Assembly: GCA_030704615.1 (NCBI GenBank)
Contig: CM060734.1
Coordinates: 20,708,001 to 20,772,000, forward strand
Origin: Takakia lepidozioides
Taxonomy: Eukaryota > Plantae > Bryophyta
Reading direction: 5' to 3'
Length of the DNA: 64,000 nt
Shown: positions 1-13,195 of the stretch, one piece after another
Layout: the number at the start of each line of letters is the position of its first letter
Numbering within the stretch: position 1 is the stretch's first letter
The notes under the pieces: model-generated
Seen by the model: only the letters and a program-made list of their open reading frames with translations
What the model was told of the DNA's origin: nothing
Database searches by the model: none
Made by a program: the position numbers and the translations under genes

Positions 1-402
1 AAATAGCAGCCTGCAAGTCTGTGCAGACTTGCCGGGAAAATATCCGAGAGGTCTATATACCTCCCGGATATGGACGGCCGAATGGCAATGGCTGGCAGTC
101 CGGGAGTGGGTGCCGCATCACATGGCATGTGCCATTTCGGGGCGCTCCACGTGTCGTGTAGGCACCCGTTGGGGCCTACGAAGTAGGAGGCGTCACCACA
201 AAGAGTCCAGCAGCATACCGCCTCTTCACCTTCGCAGGTGCTCCTTCAGTTGTTCATTCGCTCCACTGCCACATTTTGCCCCTCGTAGATTGCTGGTGTG
301 CTTCGGGACGATTTCGAAGAGACGCGATTGTTTTTTGCTGCAGCCATGGAGATGATTGGTGAAGATGACCCCGACTTCTAGCCCGAGAGACCTTCGCAAA
401 GC

Positions 403-1190
403 GTGTTGAGGAACCGCACCATCATCTCCAACTCACAGAGCAGTGAGCAGGTGCGTGGGCGTGGGAAGGGACGATTGAGCGGCAGAAAAGGGCAATCTTC
501 ATCTGCAGACGTTGATGCACCATCGTCTGCTCAACAGCGTCATTCCGCAACATCCCAGATGTCCGTTTCAAATCGCTCTTCGCCTGGAGCTGGAAGCTTG
601 CATAGGGGACAACATGCACGAGGTCCAGCGGCACCTTCTGTGGGTGTGATGCTAACTGCCGAGAGATACCAGAGGGCTCTGAAATCATTGAGAGACAGTG
701 CCCTCAATCATACTTATAGTTCAATTTCGCATCTTCTCCGCGCTGGCCACCCTCCGCGTGTTCCGTTGTGCAGAACGAGGACGCTACCTGCTGCTCGGCG
801 AGCTAAAAGGCCAAGGATAGATAAGCTGAAGCTGTATTTTGAGGGAGATGATTACAACGACACCCTTGCCTCCTTTCTACTTACAACAAACAACACCGCT
901 GGAATGGCATCTGCCATCACGGCCGAGGATAGAGCGACCTGGAATATGCATTGGCAGGAAATGGACCGCTGGTTCGAGGAAGCGATCAAAGGCACCACTT
1001 GGGAGTTTTTGAGCAACAAGTTGTTGTACATCTATGATGGCAACCACCGGTACTTGGCGTGGATGGAGGTCATAGCAGAGCAACATGTAGACGACCCAGA
1101 ATAGCACTATGCAGTGAACTCGAAGATTCTGGATGTGAAGAAAGAGGACGTCGCCTTGGTCAGAAGGGCCATGAACCGCATGAACGTGTA
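403..1190 (+). pseudogene. ORF with a ParB/Sulfiredoxin-like N-terminal domain, probably transposon-borne, with a premature stop
   Basis: Translation contains YIYDGNHRYLAW, the DGxHR signature of ParB/Srx folds. The frame continues past TAG at 1102-1104 (HYAVNSKILDV...AMNRMNV), consistent with a TGG>TAG change. Confidence 0.5.
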
Positions 1191-1769
1191 AAAATGCTAA
1201 CGCATATTGGTAGTCTGCTCATATGAGCATTGTTGGCCTCATTAGTCATTTAGAAGTCTGCTCACATGAGCATACTTAGCTTTGCCAACTCGGCCGGCAG
1301 GAGGAGGTGGGAAATCTGGGCCGATTTCCCAAACCCAGTGAGGGCGCTGGGAAGTCTATGCCGACTCTCTACCATATCAGGAAGTATGTGCCGACTCTGC
1401 ACAGACTTCCCGGATCCCCGCGTGTCATAAGTCTATGCCGACTTCTCGTGTTCCTCCGCCCTCAGCCCTCAGCTAAGTTTTCCACAGACTATGTGCTGCG
1501 CGGAAATAGGTGGTACACCTAATACCGTGCATTTATTATTTAGTAGGGATAAAACTGTGGTCATTTCAGCTTCACACACATCCCGAACCAGATCCGAGCC
1601 TGGAAGCTGGCTTCGGGTTTGCTTCGGATCAGGTTCGGCAACTCTGCTCGTGGTTCATGGCTCATCTGCTCATCGCTCATGGAAAGACAACCCCCAAAAT
1701 CCAGGGGCAAAAACAAACAGGGCCATGTATTTGCACCACATATATGGTGTGGCTCCCATTTTTAAGTGA

Positions 1770-4700
1770 CAGCGTCCTCGTTGTCCATCACCTTGCTATG
1801 TTTCATAACCCCTTGCACATACAGCTTGAGGTCACGCCTGCTCGTTGTCCATCACCTTGCTATGTTTCATAACCCCTTGCACATACAGCTTGAGGTCACG
1901 CCTGTTGCGGACCCATGCCTTGCCAAATCCATCTTTCAACATGCATCTGCGTTCAGCTTCCCGTGCAAGTGTTTGTGTTTCACGATCCTTGTATCCCAAG
2001 AACGAGTACAGGCCCACCTATGGGCTGATCATAGCACCTTGCTTCCCTGGTCTGATCATCATGACTACATCCCCAAGGGTCAGCTCCTCATATTTGTGAC
2101 CAGTATGCTTTCTTTCATAGTCTCGTGCTTGCTGCCTTTGGCCTTCCATGATATTGACCTTTATCTTGTCGTGCAGCTCAGAAAAGAAAAGCACCTTATC
2201 CCTCATCATCTTTGACATGGCCGACAACCAAGTTGTAGCCCAGTGGTAATGGGCACATACCACCTCGAAAGTGGTTGTGGGTTCAATCCACCTTGGTGTC
2301 ACAAGGTGTCCACCTTCCTAGCGGAAGGCCCTTCGGGGTGAAGAGACACAATAATTTACGCTTCCTTGGGGAGGCGTCAAATATTATTATATCATATTAT
2401 TTTTTGACATGGCCTCAGGGCAGTCACTCCGCTTTGCTGGTTCCAACAACTTTCTCAATTTATTGTCAATGCTCAATCTTGGCTCTCTTCTTGTTAGGAC
2501 CCGATAAGGAGAAAAATTGGTAGTAGCACTGAACCCCCATTCTATATCCCATGTGTGCTTGGTACATGTTACTATCCCAATTATCAGAATTGTTCTCCAC
2601 TCCCAGCATTGTGATGCTCATTTTGAGAGATTTAATCACCCCCTCTATCATACCATTGCACTCTGGCCAGTAAGGGGCACTGTGCTCTCCTATTACCATA
2701 CTTCGTGCACACCTGCTCAAACTCCCCTTTCCACTCAGTGCCGTTATCAGTGAGAATGAAACGAGGGCATCCATACCTGCTGATTATTTCTTCCTCTAGG
2801 AATTTTGCTGTGAGAAATGATGAATGATCAGCCACAGGTGCTGCCTCCACCCACTTTGAATAGTGGTCAATTGCCACACTTGTTGCCACGAGTGGTCACT
2901 GGCAATGGGCCCGCTGTATCCATAGCTATCTGATGGAAGAGATCAACTACTGGAATGCTGTTCAGCCTGGAAGATCCAGATCTTATAAGACCTTTGTCCT
3001 TTGTGCTCTGACATTGGTGACACCCTAGCAGCATGCTACGGACTTGTTCAGTGCGGTTATGCCAGAAATATCTACGAGGGACTTCTTCATGTGTTCTCCT
3101 GATGCCAAAATGTCCCATGGCAGAATGAAGCTCCTTGATGATTGAATTTATGTCCTTTCTGGCAGGTACCAACTCAACATCATCCAAAGCATCTTGTTGC
3201 AGCTCCTCCGTCGATGTGACCATGAATTTTTCAGGGCTGATCTGGTTGTGACCCCACACCCCCCCCCCCCCCAATTATCTGCCTCCTTGATCAGAGCCTC
3301 TTGCTCCACTTCGGCGGGGGCCAGCCACAACTTCCTTGATGTTTCTTCCTTGAAATGCTGGGCTATCTGGTGACAGGCTGATGTGCGTATGTGTCCCTTT
3401 CTCATCTCACAGTGCCGGTACCTTTGCTTCCAAAATCCTGATGTTGCTGCTCCTCATTGCTGTCCGCCTCTCCCTTGCTGTCAGAGCTCACCGACAGCTC
3501 CTTGGCCTTTTCTTTTCCCCTTTGTTCAGGTGTGGTTGTCTCTGCTCATGACACTGGCTTCCCTTCACTGGATTCAGATGAAGATGTACTTTGGCTTTGT
3601 ACCGGCTTGTGTTGTTTTCGCCCTCTGGTCTGAACAATGTTGATTGAGGGCAGATCATCGTAACTCATGGTGCTGCTCTGACCAGCACCCATTGTCTCCT
3701 GAAGTGCCCTTCAAAGGGTCTATGCTGTAAACACTCTCAACACCCCCACTCTCATGGAATTCCCTTGTCAAATTTAATCCCACCATGGCATCCTGAATTT
3801 CTCTCCTCTCAACAAAACCTTCATTTCTATTGCTTTCAACAGAATTCCCTTCACTATGAGCTGAAGTTCTCTCACCCCACCCCCATTTTCTCTCAAAACC
3901 CAGGTCAGTATCCCAGCTGCCCCCATCTACAAAATCAAAAGAAAAGCCTTCCAGCCCATTGGTACCACTATGGTATCCCGAGTACAACCACCAATAAGGA
4001 TCCAAGTCAGTCTGAATCAAGAAGTGCTGTCCCACCAGAGTGTGTCTAAAACACCAGAGGGCCCAAACACAAATGAAACAGTCTTCTATCTTGAAAGACA
4101 TGTGGTTGCTATCATTGGTGTGCTTCATTTGTCCTACTTACCTGGGACACAAAAGCCTTTCTACCTTCCCCACATTGGTACAGAGTAGCTTGAGCCTCAC
4201 TATCCTGCCTGCTGATGGACAAAACATACTTACCAGACCCCCATTCTATCTTCTTGGCAGTCAGGATTGGTACAAAATAGCACTTCTAGTTCCTCAGATT
4301 CTTTGGCTGCCCCGACTGGATATCTGCTCAAGGCGTCAACATGGGAGTGCTTGGAGCCAACCCTATGAACTATCTTGAACTCAAAAGTCCTGCAACATCA
4401 TTATCCATCTTCCCCTCCTCCCATAGGATCACTTACCGTAGCCAGCCATTCAAGTGGCTTATGATCGGTTCTAATGATGAAATGAGTGCCATAGAGATAC
4501 TACCGGAAACGAATAACACCCCACACAAGAGCATAGCACTCACCTTCCATGGGATGGTATTCAGACAAGGCCTTGCTGGCATATGCAATCATCTGCTCTT
4601 TCCGCTGATTTTTCTAAGATAGAATGGCCCCAACTCCTTTCCGTGACCAGTCTACATCTAAGATAAAGGTCTTGAAAAGTCAGGGCTGGCTAAACATGAG

Positions 4701-7700
4701 CAGTCATCAGTTTCAAACGCAGACACTCAAACGATGGGTTGCTTTTCTATAGTTATCTTCTCATGTACCGTTTAGTGTGTTTCATGTATCCTTGTGTATC
4801 CTCCATGTCATTTGAATCATACAAGTTCCACCCATTGGGATGGTAAGGACAAACAGAGATAGAGGATCCTTTGGGGAGGGATGAAGCAACCAAATATGAG
4901 AGGTCAGAAAGAAGTAAAGTGCTTGAGCAGACCATTTGGAAAACCACATCCTTCTTGGTGAGATTGAAGAGAGGCACATAGATTATGGAAAACCCTTCAA
5001 CATATATCCTGTAGTACCCACATATCCACACAAAGACCCTTACCCCCGTGGTGTTCTTGGAAATTGGAAAATGCTGAATAGCAGCAATACTTGCGGGCTA
5101 TCTTCATTACTCTCTTCCGCTCTTTCTTTTCCAAATAGTCACTGGGTGTGCCAAAGGTGAGAAGGTGCATCACCTTGACATCGTCCAAGACATCTTATTG
5201 CAGTTCCTCTTTGTGTGGAGTCCATCCCTTCTCTTGGCTGGACAGATCATACACCCCTCCCAATTGCTCAGCTTCTCTGATTAGGGCCTCTTGCTCCAAT
5301 TTTGTGGGAGTTGACCACAGCCTTCTCGACGTCTCCCCTTGGAAAATATTATGGCCAATCTGCTGGCACGAGGCCATCCTTCTTTTTGCTGCAGGATTTG
5401 TTAGGATCAGGCCTCACCCCCAATGAAGAAACAACATGCCCAAGAAAAACCAACTCCTTGCTCCCAAAGCTTATCAGGGTTCAGTTTCAGATTTGCAGCC
5501 CTGAGCTTCTGGAAAACCTTGCTCAAATGCTGCAAATGCAGCTCCCAATCGTTACTATGCACGTTTACATCATCAACAAAAACCTTAGCACATTCCTTAC
5601 TCCGAAGCCAGAATGGTATTCATAGCTCGCTGGAGAGTAGCACTGGTGTTTTTCAAGCCAAAGGGCATCACAAGCCACTCATAGAGACCTCTCTTAGTTA
5701 TCACATCAGTTTTCTTGCCATCACGTGGATCCATCTTAATTTGCCAAAAACCACTCTGCAGGTCTAGTGCTAAAAAACACTCAGCTCTGCCCAGTTGGTT
5801 TAACACATCCCGAATCAAAGGCATGGGATAGGAATCACGTCTGGTAAGGCTGTTCAAGGGCCTATAATCTCCACAAAATCATTTTGACCCATCCTTCTTT
5901 GGGGGTAGTGTGACAGGGCAAGAGAATTCAGACTTGCTCTCCCGCATTTCCCCCAGAGAGATGAGAGACTCGATTTGTCTCTGAACCTCCCATTCTTCCC
6001 ATTTTGAAAGTCCACTGGATGACTTCTACAAGGAGGAAATCCTTGGGTATCGATCACATGTTCAACCACAGAGCAAAAATCTAGTTCAGACTTAGAAAGA
6101 GCAAAGCAGTCCAGGTTATTATGAAGCAAGTTTTCAAGATCACACCTTTGCTCATCTGACATTTGCTGACCAAAAGTCAGTTTGGTTTTCAGATTCCGCT
6201 AGCAAATCTCAGCCTCATTTTCCTCAGATTCCAGACTGTTCACACTGAATGTATGTGCCTCCATCTTTTCTCTCTATTCCCTGGAGGTAATCAGATTCCA
6301 ATCATAGAAGTCATCTTCTATGTCAGCATTAGTGTTCACCAACTACCCTTCCCATGCCTTTTCATACACCTCATGAATGATAGAGGATGCCATGCTCTTG
6401 GGTGTTTCTTCTTCAAGGAGAGAGGAAAGCCCTTGATCCTGCAGCACTTCCTCAATGCCCTCCACAATCTCTATGGCCTTTCTGAGCTCCTCCTCACCAT
6501 GAAAGATTTCCACATCCTCTGCCAGTTCATCTCCGGAGGCACTCTGCCAGTCTTCATCTCCAGATTCTGAATCCTCGAAGACTTCTTCTTCTTCACTCTC
6601 CTCAGATTCCACATTTTCCAAGTATGAAGGAGTGGACAGATTCATGATATCTTTCTGTCCCAAGTAAGATCCAGATACACTTCCCACAGCAGAACGACTT
6701 CCCTTGGCAGAATCTGCTCTCCCAGAATCACATTGGTTTATAGTGTGCAAGGGGAAATGAGCCACATCCTTTCCTGGGCCACAGCGAATCCTCATAGTCT
6801 CTGTCTTAGTATCAACTACAGCTTCAAACTTTTTGAGGAAATCCAGCCCAAGCAACATATGATACGAGTCTGTATCAACTATCATGAATGACAAGCGATT
6901 GGTGAGCTCACCCACAGTGACCCTCAAGTGTGCCCATAGCTGTTTCCACAGCTCCTGAAGCAACCCGGTAGGTCATAACCTTGTCGTTAACCACTGATCC
7001 CATTAATCCCAGGTCACACACCGTACTGGCAGCCATGACAGAAAGCATAGCCCCTGTGTCCACTTGGCCCAACACTTGGTGTCCACCAATATTTACCATG
7101 GCATGTAGGGCTTTCACCCTTTCCAAATATGCATAGGCAATCTCTGATCCAGCCCTTCTCATCGTATTTGCCACCGGAGCAGGGTTGCTTGGCTGAACTC
7201 CTGGTGCAGCCTTGCTGGTGTGACAACATTGGTGGCTTCCTTCTGCTGATGTACAGCTCTCTCTACCACCTTCACAAGACCCTTCAATTTCTCCAACTCA
7301 CCAGGTACAGACATTATCAAATCCATTGGGGAGAGGGATATCCTTCCCTTATAAAAATGGTTAAGAATTTGTGATTTTGTACCTCCTTTCACATTTCTTG
7401 GTGTACGTGGGGCAACTCTCTCACTGACTAGTGTTACAGGACCTGAACTGACCTCCTGACCTGATATTGATCCACCAGGTGCATCAGAATTCGGCAAAGA
7501 CATAGGTGTTATGTTCCTGGGCAGCCTCACTTCATTGACATCTCTCTCCTGTATCAGGGCAGTCATCTCCGCCAGGACCTCGTCCTCGTTCTCACAATAC
7601 ACTTCCACATGATTTGTTCCAGGGGTGCTGCCAGTGGTTTGCTCCATCTTGCGGTGACAAGAACTCTCCAAGTGCCCCAACATCTTGCAAAACGAACACC

Positions 7701-8490
7701 TCACACCACACATCTCCGTAAGGTGGCCCGACCTGTGACATTTCCAACAAGTAACCTGAACTCTTCCCGTTGGGTGGGTGGGTGAGATATGCCCATCTTC
7801 ATTACAAGCATTGCTGAAGCAAACCTGTTTGGGTGTTGCCCTACTGCCCGAAGCTTCCCCAATGACATTCCCTTTGTCAAAATACCTTTGCAGGGTATTT
7901 GTGAGACAATCAAGTGATCTCTTGTCCACCGGATTAACATAGAATGCATCATCAGCATCCTCCCCTTCCATAGGTTCAAGAGGTGTCTCTCCCAGTTCAC
8001 CTAACCCTCGCTCGATTTCAACAGCGGTTTCCAAAGCCTCATCTACATCAGTGAATCTTCTGCCCGACATAGATCTCATAATCTCGGGTCTATAAAACGC
8101 CTATCTGTTCCAAGTCAGGGATTGCTCCCTTCATGAACAGTCTGCTCAGTTTATCAAAATATGCCTGGATCCTTTGTGTCTATTTTCTTGCTTAATAGCA
8201 TCCAGTCTCATCTTGATCTCAGCCAAATCAACCACACCGAACTTGGCAGTGATTGCTGTCTGAAAATCCGCCCAGATTCTGGTTTGGGATTCTGCTTCCT
8301 AAACCACTCATCAGCCTTAGATCTGAGATTCAATCTAGCTACTTTAAACATCTTATCCTCTGTCAGGTCTTGAACATCCCCAAACATCTGGATGCGATCA
8401 ACCCAATCATGCACATCTTCACTTTCATGACCAAAGAAATGTGCCTCGATGCCAGTAGGACTAGTTATCCTGACAAACAAATGAAGCAAT
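1770..8490 (-). mobile_element. Degraded Ty3/Gypsy retrotransposon internal region (gag-PR-RT-RH-INT); LTRs not identified
   Basis: Gag zinc knuckles CWKCHRSGHLTEMC and CSFCKMLGHLESSC (7159-8079). Protease QVDTGA (~7050). RT LDLQSGFWQI...MPFGLKN (5597-5857). RNase H FILDVDWS...IAYAS (~4570-4680). Integrase HSAMGHFG...CHQC, MDTAGPLP, TDNGTE (2466-3274). Many stops, frameshifts and small insertions. Confidence 0.9.
1777..1904. repeat. Perfect 64-bp tandem duplication at the 3' end of a Gypsy integrase
   Basis: ctcgttgtccatc...gtcacgcctg occurs at 1777-1840 and 1841-1904. Confidence 0.9.
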
Positions 8491-8564
8491 CAAACAGCAA
8501 ATGAAATCACTAAAACCCTAGCAAACAATCAGACCAAATCCGCAAGCATTCAAAATGAAGAGCC

Positions 8565-8876
8565 TTAATTCTGCCCACGATACCATTCCCACATACCATC
8601 AAGCAACATTTCGACATGTCCACCCCACGTTACCTCTCGGGCCATCGTGCTTATCTTCACCCATCGATTATTCTCACGTTTCCAGAGGGCTATAGTGCTC
8701 CTTCCGCCAGCATGGATCACCCGCAGACACAACTCCCCATCAAACAAACGCCAAGCAGGATTGAAGAAATAGAGTCTAGGTTCTGGGTGTACAGTACTTC
8801 CACGCTGACAGAAGCAGATTATGATATCACCAATGTTAGGCTCGTCTGGGATCAGGGTATGATCTCGACCAGCCAT
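8565..8876 (-). CDS. Small ORF upstream of gag, weakly resembling an F-box-associated beta-propeller segment
   Basis: 103-aa ORF. GELCLRV...IALWKRENNRWVKISTM resembles the GxLCxV...IxLWxL...WVKx pattern of plant F-box C-termini. Confidence 0.25.
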   Translation of the reverse strand: MAGRDHTLIPDEPNIGDIIICFCQRGSTVHPEPRLYFFNPAWRLFDGELCLRVIHAGGRSTIALWKRENNRWVKISTMAREVTWGGHVEMLLDGMWEWYRGQN

Positions 8877-9933
8877 TAAGGCTTGTCATGAAACAAGCAC
8901 AAAGACCCAAAACAGCAGAACAACATGCGAACCAACAAGATCGGAACGCTCCGATACCAAAAAGGGGGGCAATGGGAAAATACCCTAGTGCAACATTATC
9001 ATGGTGACACTTCCGTTCCGCACCTGCTGCCCTGCAGCGGAAGTGAAGAGGCAGCAGATGCTCATCTACTTTTGTCTCTGACTCCAGTGATTGCATATGC
9101 CAACTCGACCTTCATGAATAAACAGCAAAATCAGAAGGCGTTAGCATACTCGTGGCAGTTATCAAATACAAGTGCCTCAATAGCTTTTTTTCATGACATG
9201 ATCTTGGCCTAGTGAGCCATGGAATTGCTCCAAATCTCTCTCTCTTTCAATCTTTTTCTTCCCTCAGCCCTTTTACATTCAAGATAGTCTCCAGCGAATC
9301 AATCCCTCATGACTTCCCAATGATATTCAGACCTCCACCAGCTCAAAGCAATTTCCGAGCAAGGAAACGTTGAATCCAAGGCAGCCTCCCTCGGGCTCCA
9401 TCATTCAATCATTCCCTTAAGAATCATGGGATTCTTCCTTCTCCCTTGTCTCTGACTCGCTCATCGTTTTGGGACAGGCTTTACTGTTTAATGGGCTTTA
9501 GGACAGTTCCTTACTTGCTGCTTCTCCTGGTTTATTTGACATTCACAGCTCATCTGTGACCAGACAGTATGTTTAACAGGGCTCCCTGTCCTGCTCTGCG
9601 TATAGCTTAGGTTCTGTGCAGTTGATTCCTTGTCCTGCATGCACTTTAGGATGTTTTTTTGCTCAGTAGGTTTGCAGTTAGAGACTTCTGCTGCAGAAGT
9701 CTAGCCTTCAGCTTAGATGGCCTTATGTGCTTGTTTTAGTTATTCACTCATCTTTTTGGGCAGTATTCATGGCTCGTTGTTCTCTCAGAACAGTGAATTA
9801 CTGTCCGTTAGTAGAGCTTCCCCCTAGGTGGACCAGTGCTGGGTGTTATCCGTCACTATCTGATGTAAGCCTTCATGGCCTCCTCTCATGGTTATTTTTT
9901 CCATGATTATTAAAGCCTCTCATTTTTTAATAA

Positions 9934-10555
9934 TAGGGTCATGAATGCACGGGCGGGCCCCGCCAATACGACCCTTGGGGTGAGCTCATAAGCCCACCGC
10001 GGATTCACCGGGTCGGTGAGATTCTGAAATTTTTCTAAGTCCTTGTTCATCTACCGTGGCGGACCTTCTAGCGGACTGGGCAGACCCTCCAGCAGACCGA
10101 CGAGCGGACTGGCACCTCTCAGCAGAGTGGGCAGACCCCCCTCCAGCAGACCGGCAGACTTCCCAAGCAGACCCCTTCCAGCAGACTGGCTTGGACCCTC
10201 CAGCAGACCGGCAGACCCTTCGACAAAATATATATTTAATAACACACATTACTGCCGGGACATCCTGACGAGATTAGAACACTAAACCTCATGTTAATCA
10301 TTCATTGATCTTATCCACCACACTACCTACCATTTTCTACAAACTAATGCAATAACTAATGCTTTATGTGCATATTGTGGACCCCAGCAGACTAGCTCAT
10401 GTGTTTTGTGGGCCCCAGTAGACCAACTTGTCAGGCAGACCGAGTAGCAGACTGGCGGGGATTGGCGGGGTCCGGGTAGGGGCGCTCCCACCTTCGTGAC
10501 CCCCTCTGCCACACGCGGGCCCCCGCAGCCACACGCGCGGGCATTCATGACCCTA
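9934..10555. mobile_element. Non-autonomous TIR DNA transposon (MITE, hAT-like)
   Basis: Terminal inverted repeat TAGGGTCATGAATGC ... GCATTCATGACCCTA, with imperfect inverted similarity extending outward. Many internal GCAGAC/CAGCAGACC motifs. No coding capacity. No clean 8-bp TSD. Confidence 0.7.
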
Positions 10556-10610
10556 TTATTGTTAAATGAGAAGCATTATTAAATATGACTTACATGGCTT
10601 CCTCCCCTTT

Positions 10611-10631
10611 TATATATATATATATATATAT
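10611..10631. repeat. (TA)n microsatellite
   Basis: tatatatata run. Confidence 0.9.
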
Positions 10632-10796
10632 TTTAAACTAGGAAGATCGATAAAGGAAAAAAAAAACCGAGGACAGAAAGCCGAGGACAGAGCTGAGAGC
10701 AGAAGCCAGACTACTAAAAAACTAGAGTTATGAGCTAGCCAAGAGCAGAAGCTAGAATTTCACCTCCCGATCAGCACCATCAAAATTGGTGGCCAA

Positions 10797-12503
10797 AAAC
10801 CCCAATGGAAGGCAGTGCAAACCTATTTATTGGCTTAAAATTAATTTAAATTCAATTACATTCTGGAATGGCTTGAGGGGTGAGCGCGTCGATGGGGAGG
10901 CAAATGATTCATTCGTCTGTTGTTTCTCCGTACATATTCAAGCACATGGGGGCAAAAGAGGGGCTTCAACCACATCCGTTCAATGGGTGCAATAGTCGTG
11001 CACGCATTGCATGATTTCTTTTTTCGCATTGAACAAAAATCAGATCACAAGTGAACGCCTCATTGGCCCATCGAACGAATTTCGATTGATCTCATATTAC
11101 ACTGGGACGTATCAGAGGGTACATTGAACACACTGGCCAAGTCTCAAAGGGAACGAAAAATCATTTGGATGGGCAACCATCCGTTGGCCCATTGAACGAA
11201 TTTCGATTGATCTCATATTACTCTGGGGCCTCTTACATGGTACATTGAACATAGTGGCCAAGTCTCAGAGCGAACCAAAATCATTTCGATGGCCAACCAT
11301 CCGTTGAGCCATCGAATGAATTTCGATTGATCTCATATTAGTCCGGGACCTATGAGAGGGTGTCTCGAACGTACTGGCAAAGTTTGGAAGCAAACAAAAA
11401 TGATTTGGATGGGCAACCATCCGTTCACCCGTTGAATGTATTCCGTTGGATCTGCTATAACTTTAGGACTTGTTGGACTGTGTTTCGCGTGCTCGCGATT
11501 TTTTTTTTCATTCCATTTTTGAATGGGGCGTGTAATGACTCCTTATGCAACGTGCATGCCAAATTTGGGAGCGATCCTAATTCATTTGGACCCAAAACCA
11601 CAGTTTCTTCCCTGTTTTGTACTCCAAACTTGATTTGTGTTCTACTTCATGCACTCTTCATAGAGAGTTCTGCAATAGTGAGCGAAGAGAACACTTTTTT
11701 TGGGGGGCATTTTTTATTGGTCCAAATTCTGGCGGGGGAGTGGCGGTGGGATGCTTGAAGCCGCAGAACAAAATTGAGCCAAAAACAAAATCGATACGTG
11801 CCAGAAACCCCCAATGAAAGGCAGTGCAAACCTATTTATTGGCTTAAAATTAATTTAAATTCAATTACATTCTGGAATGGCTTGAGGGGTGAGCGCGTCG
11901 ATGGGGAGGCAAATGATTTATTTGTCTGTTGTGTCTCCGCACATATTCAAGCATATGGGGGCAAAAGAGGGGCTTCAACCACATCCGTTCAATGGGTGCA
12001 ATAGTCGTGCACGCATTGCATGATTTCTTTTTTCGCATTGAACAAAAACCAGATCACAAGTGAACGCCTCATTGGCCCATCGAACGAATTTCGATTGATC
12101 TCATATTACAGTGGGACGTATCAGAGGGTACATTGAACACAATGGCCAAGTCTCAAAGGGAACGAAAAATCATTTGGATGGGCAACCATCCGTTGGCCCA
12201 TTAAACGAATTTTGATTGATCTCATATTACTCTGGGGCCTCTTACATGGTACATTGAACATAGTGGCCAAGTCTCAGAGCAAACCAAAATCATTTCGATG
12301 GCCAACCATCTGTTGAGCCATCGAATGAATTTCGATTGATCTCATATTAGTCCGGGACCTGTGAGAGGGTGTCTCGAACGTACTGGCAAAGTTTGGAAGC
12401 AAACAAAAATGATTTGGATGGGCAACCATCCGTTCACCCGTTGAATGTATTCCGTTGGATCTGCTATAACTTTGGGACATGTTGGACTGTGTTTCGCGTG
12501 CTC
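10797..12503. repeat. Two ~700-bp direct repeats at ~1009-bp spacing, each with ~117-120-bp internal subrepeats
   Basis: About 10797-11494 matches about 11806-12503 closely. The motif aatttcgattgatctcatatta recurs three times per copy, with (g)caaccatccgtt motifs between. Confidence 0.9.
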
Positions 12504-13195
12504 ATGCATCGTATAGATCCACGGCCAGCATGTTGGATATTCATCACCGCAACGTCAGCTTAGCAGTTGTTCACCGCGCAAGCATGGTTGACTCTACTGG
12601 AGGATTCCTGTTGAGTGTATCAAAAATAAAGCATAGAAACGATATCATTTCGGCTACAACAAGGGATGTCGTGACCTCTTGGTGGATTACGCAAACACGC
12701 ATCAGCCCGAATTCCAAAGATGTAACACGGAAGCGGCTTGCTGCGTTTGATTACGATGTGAAGCCCACCCATTATTGATGGAGCCACAAGTACATTCAAC
12801 TCTTGTAGTCCACGAGTAGTTGTTATGGAAGAATGAGTGTCTTCCTGACATTTAGGCTTTAGGATAGCAAGTTGTGGAAATTAGGGTATGGCCTTGTTGT
12901 CCATGACTGCAGTGTAGACCACTTATCTGAACTGAATTGGACTTAGTGAAGTTTTTCCAAATTAGGTATATTTGTATGGAAGCATAAGGTTGCTTGGAGA
13001 AGCGTCCATCTCCATAGTCATGGTATAGCAGAAATGTGAAAATTTTGGTAGTAGCAGTCCATAGTTCCACTGTTGGTTCCAGTTTATGGAGACACGTGGA
13101 TCGTGTATGGAGAAATGTGGATTGTATGTGGGCTTGTGGACTTGCAGTCCACAAGTGTACCTATTTTTTCAATTTCATGGATAGGTGTGGAATGT

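Noticed and set aside
2220-2310. Possible PHD remnant in the first Gypsy
   Set aside because: The Cys/His spacing is not recoverable, and the segment lies within an insertion in the integrase.
9986-10285. Repetitive small ORFs (ADPPADR...)
   Set aside because: They are translations of the MITE's GCAGAC repeats, not a gene.
11060-12440. CRISPR-like array (recurring aatttcgattgatctcatatta)
   Set aside because: The intervening sequences are homologous to each other rather than unique spacers; no cas genes; eukaryotic context.
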